Virus record (IMG/VR): IMGVR_UViG_3300048694_000663
Location: 6,222-70,221 of that record
DNA from: a virus
Reading direction: 5' to 3' (one strand)
DNA: 64,000 nucleotides
Positions 55,550-63,396 of this stretch are shown here, one piece after another. Below the pieces are notes generated by a model, which saw nothing but the letters and a program-made list of their open reading frames with translations, had not been told where the DNA came from and did not search any database. Positions within the stretch are counted from its first letter, which is position 1. Every line of letters begins with the position of its first letter. The position numbers and the translations under genes are program-made.

Positions 55550-56559
55550 TCAGGGTTTTCCAATGTCCACTTAATAGTTTTTTCCAAAGAAGTGTCAAAA
55601 GACACGGGAGAAACCCAACCCCATTCTTCAAGGGTTTTTCGTTCTAACCCGTACCTAAGGTCGTGTCCTGGGCGAGTAGCTCCCACGTCTTCTCTAGAAA
55701 CCCAATCTCCCTCAAGACCCATATGATGGGCGATAAGGTTTGCCATATCTGCGTTAGAGACTTCGCGTTCCCCGCCTACATGGAATCTATGAGGACGCTC
55801 TAACCCATGTGAAAACCTAATTGGATGGTTTTTGTGGCTCATAATTACATAAGTTAAAGCATCTGCTTGATTTCGAGCATGAAGATAAAAGCGTGAACCT
55901 GACTTCCAGTACCCATCAACAAGAGAGCCATGTACAGGCATCAACTCTTTATTTTTAAATTGTCTAATAGTTTTAGGGATGAATTTCTCTACATCTTGTC
56001 GTTCACCAAACATATTCATAGTGTTTGAAAGCACTACAGGGAGGTCATAGGAACGCCAATATGAAATAGCAATAGCCTCTTGCGCAGCTTTACTTCCTGA
56101 GTAAGGATTAGACGGTAAAATTGGGTCATACTCTGGGTGGTCGCCATGTTTAGCGGGTCCATAGACCTCGTCAGTACTAATTTGAATAAATAAAGAGTGT
56201 TCAATAGTTCTTGCGTACTCAAGCATATTTAAAACAATTAGTACATTATTTTCGATAAAGTGACGAGGTTCAACAAGGCTTCTGTCCACATGAGATTCAG
56301 AAGCCATGTTAATGATTACATCTATCGGGCCAATTTCACTTTTAGTTACGTGGTCAATAGGAGCGGTAAGGTCATGCGTAATTACCTTGACCCTACCTAT
56401 GTGTTCTGGGTTTGCCTCAAATACAGCTCTGAGGCGAGAGCTCATTCCTTTATGACGAAAGCTTTCTAGGCATACAACTTCCCAGTCAGTAGTCTTAAGG
56501 ATGTGCTCTAGGGTATGGTGCCCTACAAATCCACCAGCTCCAGTTAAAAGAATTCTCAT
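55537..56559 (-). CDS. dTDP-glucose 4,6-dehydratase-like (RmlB-like) SDR
   Basis: GAGGFVG, ASESHVDRS, STDEVYG, YSGSK and RPGHDLRY. Confidence 0.9.
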   Translation of the reverse strand: MRILLTGAGGFVGHHTLEHILKTTDWEVVCLESFRHKGMSSRLRAVFEANPEHIGRVKVITHDLTAPIDHVTKSEIGPIDVIINMASESHVDRSLVEPRHFIENNVLIVLNMLEYARTIEHSLFIQISTDEVYGPAKHGDHPEYDPILPSNPYSGSKAAQEAIAISYWRSYDLPVVLSNTMNMFGERQDVEKFIPKTIRQFKNKELMPVHGSLVDGYWKSGSRFYLHARNQADALTYVIMSHKNHPIRFSHGLERPHRFHVGGEREVSNADMANLIAHHMGLEGDWVSREDVGATRPGHDLRYGLERKTLEEWGWVSPVSFDTSLEKTIKWTLENPEWLQ

Positions 56560-57347
56560 TGGTTCTTCTTATTCTTTGCCCACCAAGAGACTCGTTTAGA
56601 TGGAAGCTCATGAACGTGTTGGTGTGGGTGGTCGTGAGCAGCAGCACTGTTGAAGTCAGTGCGTACAGATAAGAAGCTGTCGTCTGAAAGCGCCATAACC
56701 TTTAAGTGAGTAGATGTTGCTCTAGGTTCAAATGTAACATTTGTACCAGGGAGTAATTTATGCAATTGAATAAAGAAGTAAACATCATCAGAAATCCACA
56801 TATCTACCTCAGATGCATAAAAATCTCTAAACCACGGGAGCACATTTGTTTTGTCTTCCCGCGCCTCAAATACCGCTTCAAAAACACTACGATGATAAAG
56901 GCCATAACCAAAGCCAACTGAGTGTAAACCTTCAATAGGTTGATTACTATTAGTAGCTTCTACAGGAAGCCAATTACCGTAAGGCTGTCCTGCTGGCCCA
57001 AACTGTTGGGCAGAAGCCTGCATGCTGGTTCCATTTAAAAACGGCAAGTAATACTTACCTCCCACAATTGGACGCTTTTGGGAATCTGCTGTTTCACAAA
57101 GTTGGTCAAAGTCTTTTAAAGTAATTTTTAGGTCAGTGTCTACTGCAAATAACCATTCGGCTTTTGTTTTTAAAAAAAGTTCAACCATTTTATTTCTATT
57201 GTAGGATAGGTATGGCCCACTACCTACAACTATGTCAGAAATTCTTTCGTTTCTGTTTAAAATTAAATGAGATAGGTGCGCAGCAAACCCTGAGTAAATT
57301 TGCCCGCCATCAATCCAACCTACAGCTATTTTTTCATTAGAGTTCAT
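56556..57347 (-). CDS. GT-A fold glycosyltransferase-like protein
   Basis: NRN..V..FL...AEWLFAVDTD (DxD), VGFG..L.HR.VFE, PWF, SDDVYF and H.K. Confidence 0.78.
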   Translation of the reverse strand: MNSNEKIAVGWIDGGQIYSGFAAHLSHLILNRNERISDIVVGSGPYLSYNRNKMVELFLKTKAEWLFAVDTDLKITLKDFDQLCETADSQKRPIVGGKYYLPFLNGTSMQASAQQFGPAGQPYGNWLPVEATNSNQPIEGLHSVGFGYGLYHRSVFEAVFEAREDKTNVLPWFRDFYASEVDMWISDDVYFFIQLHKLLPGTNVTFEPRATSTHLKVMALSDDSFLSVRTDFNSAAAHDHPHQHVHELPSKRVSWWAKNKKNQ

Positions 57348-58062
57348 CTTTTCCTCCCATTAACTTATACACTTTCTTTACCCAATAGTTATCTCTGTAA
57401 TACCCGCGATTAGCTGCACGAAGTTTCTCACCTACGGTAGGGATTATGTCTACCATTGAGGGGTCATATACCGCCATCCATTCCTCTCTTTTAATCGGAA
57501 TGATTTGAGCAAACGGGGTTCCCTTTGGGATAACTCCTTCAAAGCCCTCTTTAAGAAAGAAAGGAACGTTACCAGAGCCATGAAATTTATCACTATCTAT
57601 AATTCCTGAAGATGTTGTGAAAGGTAAATCAAAACGATTTAAAGGGTGGACAATTAACGAACTAAACCCTTTAGGAGACTTAAATCCCCATTTAGGTGTC
57701 CACACTAAGTGGTTTGGCAAATGACCTGCGGGTCTAGGCATGTGGTATCCAACAGTTTTTGTTCGCTCAGCAATGATTGGGCTTGTTACGTCATCTCCAA
57801 AATCAATGTGAATTTTACCTTCATCTTCAATTTTTATGTGAACATCTGTCCAAGTAGTTAAGCAGTATCCACTTAAAAGAGCGTCTAAAAAAGGCACACA
57901 TGTTTTTAACCCATTATGCTCATGGGTATGGTCTCCATGGTCTTCTGTGTAAGTAATCTCTGACTTTTTATACCACTCGGGGATGTGCTCCCTCATTAAT
58001 GTTGGGTTAGGGACGCGGTCATCCCACGCTTCGTCGCTTGGTATAAATTTGTAAACTTTCAC
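57337..58062 (-). CDS. Conserved phage protein, possible dUTPase-like beta fold
   Basis: IPEWYK, LKTCVPFLDAL..GY, HPLNR.DLPF...SGIIDSD and IPKGTPFAQIIP.KRE.W. Confidence 0.6.
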   Translation of the reverse strand: MKVYKFIPSDEAWDDRVPNPTLMREHIPEWYKKSEITYTEDHGDHTHEHNGLKTCVPFLDALLSGYCLTTWTDVHIKIEDEGKIHIDFGDDVTSPIIAERTKTVGYHMPRPAGHLPNHLVWTPKWGFKSPKGFSSLIVHPLNRFDLPFTTSSGIIDSDKFHGSGNVPFFLKEGFEGVIPKGTPFAQIIPIKREEWMAVYDPSMVDIIPTVGEKLRAANRGYYRDNYWVKKVYKLMGGKDEL

Positions 58063-58594
58063 GTTTGGTAGCCCTTCTATCGGCGAATAGAGTCATATAG
58101 TAACGCACTCCGCTGATAACTGGGTTAATCCCGTGAAGGTATTCTTCGCGTGCCGAATGAATGACAGCACTATTTTTTACGGGCTTATAAGTAATATTTT
58201 TATTGGGATAAAAGATTTCCCCGCCATCGTAGTTATCGTTTAAGTATATAACTATGCCGTATTCGCAACTATTATCCACTTGAGCGTCATAGTGAGCTGG
58301 GCGCTCATCTCCAGGTATAAGTTTTCTTACAACCTTTGTCTCAATGAAATCGTATCTCCACTTTAAAATGGAGTTAACTTCATTTGAAATGAGGTTTTGA
58401 GGCAAGACAAACTCTAAACATCTGCCTTTCCACAAGTCTCCTATTGGATACTTATTCCAGTCTTCCTCTGTAGCGGCATCGGCAATAGAGGTAATCGATG
58501 CCACTATATCTTGTGGAAGAAAGTCGTAAATAACACAACAGTCTTCTGCTAGGAACTCCGCCCTAGGGTCAGTAACGAAGTCCTTGAGTGACAT
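58019..58594 (-). CDS. 2OG-Fe(II) oxygenase, prolyl 4-hydroxylase-like
   Basis: HYD...IYLNDNYDGGE...HGINPVISGVRY: HxD...H triad and 2OG-binding Arg. Confidence 0.9.
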   Translation of the reverse strand: MSLKDFVTDPRAEFLAEDCCVIYDFLPQDIVASITSIADAATEEDWNKYPIGDLWKGRCLEFVLPQNLISNEVNSILKWRYDFIETKVVRKLIPGDERPAHYDAQVDNSCEYGIVIYLNDNYDGGEIFYPNKNITYKPVKNSAVIHSAREEYLHGINPVISGVRYYMTLFADRRATKRESLQIYTKRRSVG

Positions 58595-58875
58595 TATGCT
58601 GGCTTAGAAAACTCACCTGTTGAGTCGTTGTAGGTCCACCCTGAGTCAGGACCGTTGTCAAGAGGCGCGTTGCATTGAACAACCAATGGATTGCTCATGA
58701 GAATCGCAGCCATTCTCTCCTCAACGTGAAATACTGTTTGAACAACACCATCGATAACGTACGCAATGTGGTACGGAAGGGCTGATTGCTGTTCAGCAAT
58801 TGATGGGGCTTCCTTCTTTGCCTTAAGTTCCTCAGCATCAATTGTGCCAAGTGAGCGTGGGGGTGTAAGTGACAT
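58594..58875 (-). CDS. Small hypothetical protein, possible tip-protein partner/chaperone
   Basis: IAYVIDGVV...AAILMSNP..V...GWTY...GEF; GAGGAG SD. Confidence 0.65.
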   Translation of the reverse strand: MSLTPPRSLGTIDAEELKAKKEAPSIAEQQSALPYHIAYVIDGVVQTVFHVEERMAAILMSNPLVVQCNAPLDNGPDSGWTYNDSTGEFSKPA

Positions 58876-58899
58876 GGGGTCTCCTCTATTTCTTGATTT

Positions 58900-60213
58900 T
58901 TATTGTACAGTGTTAGCTGAGAAATTATCTACGGTAGTTCCTTGGTAGTACCCGCCAGGAGCCAAAATAATGCCGTGGACGGTGGACTTTACTGGGCTTG
59001 CATCTGTATATGTGATGTCAGAACCAATTTGGCTTGTTTGACCCGCGCCAGAGTAGGCTCTTGCAACAACCTGGTTTCCGTTGAAGAATACCTGTATTGA
59101 AGCAGGTAATTGGGCAATGACCTGGTCAACAACAGTAGTAACAACGTTAGCGGCAGACTTAATAATTCTTAAGCTAGTTGTTCCTGCGCTTGTGGCGCTT
59201 GATTGAGTATAGGACGCGCAAGCAGAGGCGTAGTTTGGCCCTACTGTATTGCTACAGCTAGAGCCATAGTTAGGACCAAGAACTGTTCCCGAACAACTAT
59301 AACTTGTTCCTTGCGCATAGCTGCCTCCGCAAGAATAGAACGGACCTGTTTGACTATAAGTGCCTCCGCAATAATAACTCGGTCCGCTTGACGCGTAAGT
59401 AGTGCAGGTATAGTTAGGTCCAGAAGAGGTCCAAGCAGAGCAGCTCCAAGTTGGTGCAGACGAATACCAGCTTGTACATGAGTAATAAGGACCTACTGCA
59501 AAATATCCGCCCGTACATTTTGCATACCAATATCCTCTAAAACCGTCATAAGCGGTAGACCATCCAGCACAGCCAGAGCCATAAGTTGGACCTACTGAGG
59601 TACCACAAATGGATGTGTAAGTAGGTCCAGAAGATGAAGTACAAGAAATACTCCACGTAGGAGCGCTTTGAACTGAGCAATAGGGGGAGTAGTTGGGACC
59701 TACAGGGTTAACGCAACTAGAGCCATAGCTTGCGCCACTTGGGTTGGTGCAATATTGGTAATAGCTAGTGTTAATACTTCCACTACAAGAATAAAAAGGT
59801 CCTGTTTGACTGTAGGTGCCCCCACAGTAGTAGGTAGGCCCAGTCTGTGAGTATGTCGCACAAGTTTGAGAATAAGATGTATTTGTATTTGTTTGCCCAA
59901 ATACTCCATACCAATTTTGAATATCAGTTACCCAAAAAGCTAGACCCGCACCACCCAAAGTATCAACGTCAGCTTTTAGGTACGGAGTCATAAGACCCGC
60001 TTGAACAGAGGCCAAAGGATAAGAGGCGGGACTGCTGCTATTTGCTTTGTTATTATTAATAAACCAAGTACCGCGTAAGTTAGTCCACGGTTGACCAGTA
60101 TCGGCAGAACCTAGACTACTAGCTGTGTTAGCGCGGTTAAATAAGTCTTTTACGGCGCCAAGAATCCACTTGCGCCATTGACCGCCGAGAGATTGACCAG
60201 AAAATAGAGGCAT
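58900..60213 (-). CDS. Virion tip-like beta-sandwich protein with inserted 18-Cys repeat hairpin
   Basis: DLFNRAN...LG.ADTGQPW....GTW.I N-terminal domain; all 18 Cys lie in about 12-aa repeats within 59218-59862. Confidence 0.75.
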   Translation of the reverse strand: MPLFSGQSLGGQWRKWILGAVKDLFNRANTASSLGSADTGQPWTNLRGTWFINNNKANSSSPASYPLASVQAGLMTPYLKADVDTLGGAGLAFWVTDIQNWYGVFGQTNTNTSYSQTCATYSQTGPTYYCGGTYSQTGPFYSCSGSINTSYYQYCTNPSGASYGSSCVNPVGPNYSPYCSVQSAPTWSISCTSSSGPTYTSICGTSVGPTYGSGCAGWSTAYDGFRGYWYAKCTGGYFAVGPYYSCTSWYSSAPTWSCSAWTSSGPNYTCTTYASSGPSYYCGGTYSQTGPFYSCGGSYAQGTSYSCSGTVLGPNYGSSCSNTVGPNYASACASYTQSSATSAGTTSLRIIKSAANVVTTVVDQVIAQLPASIQVFFNGNQVVARAYSGAGQTSQIGSDITYTDASPVKSTVHGIILAPGGYYQGTTVDNFSANTVQ

Positions 60214-60668
60214 TATGCAAACTTACTCGCTCCCGATGCCAGGACTGTGAAAGTGTTTGTCGCAGTCTTAATCACCGTGAGAGAGTAAGCGTCGATACCA
60301 CTGGCATTACCAGAGGCTGGTACAACCGCATTTAACCATTTAGGCGTAACGGTTGTTCCATCAATAGATATCGAGCTTGGATAGTAAGGCGTAGCTCCCT
60401 GAGTGACTAAAATTACTAAACTAATTGATTGACCATTTGCAATAAGGGAATTAAAAGTGGAGGCTGAGTTACCTCTTAAGTTAAGCACAAAGTTTGCGGT
60501 AGCAGCAGTAGTGAAGTACCAAAAGGTTGATGTTGTTACATCAATATTGAGCGTGCCTGTAGGAGTTGTTGCAGAAATCTGCATGTTCTCAATAGGACCA
60601 GCAACAGGCAAGTTAGAAAGGGTTGTCTGCTCCTGATTTACGATAGGTCCGTAAGTCTGATATTTCAT
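60213..60668 (-). CDS. Fibre adaptor domain protein, paralog of the C-terminus of 34240..37413
   Basis: GQSI..L.TQGAT.YY...IDG..VTPKW...P.SGN...IDAY...IKTA...TVLA is shared by both. Confidence 0.8.
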   Translation of the reverse strand: MKYQTYGPIVNQEQTTLSNLPVAGPIENMQISATTPTGTLNIDVTTSTFWYFTTAATANFVLNLRGNSASTFNSLIANGQSISLVILVTQGATPYYPSSISIDGTTVTPKWLNAVVPASGNASGIDAYSLTVIKTATNTFTVLASGASKFA

Positions 60669-61006
60669 TATACGTACTCAACACCAGACGCCGTCATTGT
60701 GATAGTTGTACCTGCTGAAGCTGAAGCTTGCAATTTATCGCTGTTATTTAACACCTGAGATAGCGGGATAGTTATAAAAGTATTTCCAGCCAAAGTGATT
60801 CCTGGAACAATAACTGTGCTATTTCCCGCTGAACCACCAGAAGGCACTAAAAACACAGATGCAGTAGCGGCGTTGGCAGTAGGGTTTGCAAGGACAATCT
60901 CTTTAATTACCGCTGTTACTCCAGTTGATGGGGAGTATAAAGTTGCTGAAGATGAAGTCGTTAGTTGGAGTGGGTCTACCAAACGCTTAGGAGTTACCGT
61001 TGCCAC
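60668..61006 (-). CDS. Small beta-sandwich virion protein
   Basis: TPKRL...TLY....TAVIKEIVLAN...QVL...DKLQA.AS....ITMTASGVE. Confidence 0.7.
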   Translation of the reverse strand: MATVTPKRLVDPLQLTTSSSATLYSPSTGVTAVIKEIVLANPTANAATASVFLVPSGGSAGNSTVIVPGITLAGNTFITIPLSQVLNNSDKLQASASAGTTITMTASGVEYV

Positions 61007-61075
61007 GATTGTCCTTTCAAAAAGCTATAGGTATTAACGTTAAAGCAATTGTACGGAAATATCCGCCTAAAAGTC

Positions 61076-61237
61076 TTATTGAGCGCGGGTATGTTGGTCG
61101 CGTCCTGGTAATTCAGGCACATGAATCAATGGGCGCTCTAATTCGCTAAGAAAGAAGTCTCTACGACCAAATCGCGTGTCATTGACTGTAACCTTCTTAA
61201 ACTTAGGCTTTTCTTTAGCCCGTTTACTAGGCTTCAT
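61076..61237 (-). CDS. Small basic protein (53 aa)
   Basis: Hand translation MKPSKRAKEKPKFKKVTVNDTRFGRRDFFLSELERPLIHVPELPGRDQHTRAQ. Confidence 0.5.
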   Translation of the reverse strand: MKPSKRAKEKPKFKKVTVNDTRFGRRDFFLSELERPLIHVPELPGRDQHTRAQ

Positions 61238-61377
61238 GGAGACCATCGATTCCACTGCATTGCGTTTGTATGGATAGCGTCTTGAACAGGAGCTTTAACT
61301 CTTGTCAGTGCGTCCCAGAACTCAGAAACCCTCGAGATTGACGGCTGGGGCTTCGGTGCTTTTTGATTTTCTTCCAC
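61234..61377 (-). CDS. Small hypothetical protein (47 aa)
   Basis: GTG start after GGAG; (M)EENQKAPKPQPSISRVSEFWDALTRVKAPVQDAIHTNAMQWNRWSP; ATGA overlap with the next gene. Confidence 0.45.
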   Translation of the reverse strand: MEENQKAPKPQPSISRVSEFWDALTRVKAPVQDAIHTNAMQWNRWSP

Positions 61378-61924
61378 CCTTTGCTCCTCCCGTTGTTTTC
61401 TTTCCAGGAACCTTTACGGCTCCTGCGGTTTGTGGGTTTGTTCGTGATGGAACATCATTACCTGCGTTACCATCATTAACATTAACAATATTTGTAGGTT
61501 TTGGTGGTTTAGGTGCATTAAAGCCAACGTCATAGTTAGTTGTTTTCATACGACTTGGAGCACCAGCTCCTGTTGCTCCGTGGAATCTAATTGCTTCGCT
61601 AGTCCCGTGAGTAGTGTCTGCTCGACCTTCTCTTGCTTGCTTGCCAATAGTACGGCGTTCTTGTCCACCCTTTTCTTTAAGGGTTAAACGGTCTTCAGAC
61701 CCTTTAGTACCAAGAGTTAAACGGTCTTGCTCACCCTTAGTTCCCATTTCGGACTTTTTCAAATCACTTTGATAGCCATACATCTTTGCTTGGTTCTCAA
61801 GGCGAACAATGTAGTCTTGATTTTTCTTATTGGCTTTAGAGCCTTTTTTAAACCCACCCTTTAAAGTATTCATTACTTGCTGGATAGGGTTATCGCCACC
61901 TGGCATATTTCCAAACATAGACAT
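61322..61924 (-). CDS. Basic low-complexity protein with 11-aa repeats
   Basis: GTKGEQDRLTL / GTKGSEDRLTL / KEKGGQERRTI; AATAAT 6 nt before the ATG. Confidence 0.65.
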   Translation of the reverse strand: MSMFGNMPGGDNPIQQVMNTLKGGFKKGSKANKKNQDYIVRLENQAKMYGYQSDLKKSEMGTKGEQDRLTLGTKGSEDRLTLKEKGGQERRTIGKQAREGRADTTHGTSEAIRFHGATGAGAPSRMKTTNYDVGFNAPKPPKPTNIVNVNDGNAGNDVPSRTNPQTAGAVKVPGKKTTGGAKGGRKSKSTEAPAVNLEGF

Positions 61925-61931
61925 GGCTCAA

Positions 61932-62030
61932 TTATTCCTTTTCTCTATGCTTTTGTTCGCATGAACGCGCTAGGGAGGGTACGACATATTTCTTGCCGCA
62001 CCCTCCGCAAACAAAAGGGTCTTTAGACAA
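61932..62030 (-). CDS. Mini zinc-finger peptide (32 aa)
   Basis: TTG start directly after the endolysin stop; (M)SKDPFVCGGCGKKYVVPSLARSCEQKHREKE. Confidence 0.45.
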   Translation of the reverse strand: MSKDPFVCGGCGKKYVVPSLARSCEQKHREKE

Positions 62031-62777
62031 CTACAAGCGGTCCATTAAAGCGTCCCAGGTCTTAGGACCTACAACGCCATTGGAATCCAAGCCAACGTGG
62101 TTGTCTTGAAAAGCAATAACAGCCTTCTTGGTAGCTGGGCCGTAATCGCCGTCTTCTACGAGGTCAAGGGCATTTTGAATCAGCTTAACTGCATCACCTT
62201 TAGCTCCTGGCTTAATTGCTCCAGGGAAAGCTGGTTTTGATGCAGGAACTGGCTCAGCATTGACTTCATTGCCTTTGTAGTTAGGACGACCAAATCCTTC
62301 AATAAAGATTGGTAGCCCTTTCTTGTTTTTCTTATAAGCACGGACTTTAACCACAGCCTCACCGCCATTTGCCTGTGAACCAGACTTCTTTTTGGTGCCT
62401 GCAGTATTGCCTTCAATTGTGGTCACTGTTCCATCGCCATTGTCTTTAACAACAATTCCAACGTGCTCGATTGGAGCGCCGCCTTCCATGAAATCAAAAT
62501 AAACGATATCGCCAGGAGCTGGGGTTGCTGCGTGTGCGTCTGTCCAAGTACCAAGCTTTTTAAAACCTGCTGCACCGTTCATTGTAGAAACAGTGTTTGG
62601 AATTTTAACTCCAGCTTGGTGAGCTACCCACATGCAGAAGCTGCCACACCACGGCAAGAAATTTGCCTTGGTAAATGCCCCATACTTAGTTTCGTTATCT
62701 TTTGGTCCTTCTACGTAGCCTTCTTCAGCGAGGGCTACTTCGACCATTCTTGCTGCTGTACCTTGTTCTGCTGCCAT
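62031..62777 (-). CDS. Endolysin: CHAP domain plus peptidoglycan-binding domain
   Basis: PWCGSF (Cys), PGDIVYF, HVGIV (His), TIEGNT; C-terminal G.KG.AVK.IQ..L...DG.YGPAT..AV.AFQ...GVVGPKTW. Confidence 0.92.
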   Translation of the reverse strand: MAAEQGTAARMVEVALAEEGYVEGPKDNETKYGAFTKANFLPWCGSFCMWVAHQAGVKIPNTVSTMNGAAGFKKLGTWTDAHAATPAPGDIVYFDFMEGGAPIEHVGIVVKDNGDGTVTTIEGNTAGTKKKSGSQANGGEAVVKVRAYKKNKKGLPIFIEGFGRPNYKGNEVNAEPVPASKPAFPGAIKPGAKGDAVKLIQNALDLVEDGDYGPATKKAVIAFQDNHVGLDSNGVVGPKTWDALMDRL

Positions 62778-62785
62778 GTTAACTC

Positions 62786-63214
62786 CTAGTTATAGTTTGG
62801 GTCGGTGTCTGCATGTGCTGGGATTGGAACTTCTCCTGTTGCAGCCACCGCCACATCAGCAGGAATACCGTTTACAGCAGGAGCAACATGTGCCGTACCG
62901 CCGTCAGCCTTAATAACGATGTCTTGGCCATTTTGCTTAGCTTCAACCTGTAGGTCAGCAGCAGTAGTTGCCTTTGTATCAACTGCAGAAAATGCAGCAT
63001 TAATTTCATCAATATCAAGTTTGCCGTCGTTCATAAAACCACGTGCAAGTTTTTCAATAACAGTTGCTACAGCTGTGATACCTGCAACCATCATTGCTTT
63101 GACTGTAGAAACACCAGCAACTGCGCCAGCACCAATAACTGAAAGTGCTTGAGCGGTAAAGACCGCCACAATACGCAGGATGATGTTTACAAGTCCTTTA
63201 AGACCGTTTTTCAT
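62786..63214 (-). CDS. Membrane protein, candidate holin
   Basis: Two hydrophobic helices then DGKLDIDEIN; directly upstream of the endolysin. Confidence 0.6.
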   Translation of the reverse strand: MKNGLKGLVNIILRIVAVFTAQALSVIGAGAVAGVSTVKAMMVAGITAVATVIEKLARGFMNDGKLDIDEINAAFSAVDTKATTAADLQVEAKQNGQDIVIKADGGTAHVAPAVNGIPADVAVAATGEVPIPAHADTDPNYN

Positions 63215-63396
63215 TCTTTCTCCTTAGGGTTACGTAGTCGTAGCGTGATAACCCAGACAATAAAAGATGCCAAGGTTATTTTGCCGATAACTACCTTTGC
63301 TGACCCTGTAAGGACCAACCAAGCAGAAAACAGACCAACAAACGTCCAGATTTCACTAAAGAAATCTGCTGAAATGTCTTTAAAAAACTGTTTCAT
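63211..63396 (-). CDS. Small two-TM membrane protein
   Basis: IWTFVGLFSAWLVLTGSAK and a second hydrophobic helix. Confidence 0.7.
   Translation of the reverse strand: MKQFFKDISADFFSEIWTFVGLFSAWLVLTGSAKVVIGKITLASFIVWVITLRLRNPKEKE

Noticed and set aside
59320-59830. Diversity-generating retroelement TR/VR pair (duplicated YCGGTYSQTGPFYSC)
   Set aside because: Both copies are in frame within one gene and differ at synonymous sites, not specifically at adenines; no reverse transcriptase is in the window.
58900-60213. RiPP precursor with repeated core peptides
   Set aside because: The repeats are embedded in a folded virion-type domain, and no radical SAM, LanM, YcaO, protease or transporter gene is nearby; the symmetry fits a structural hairpin better.
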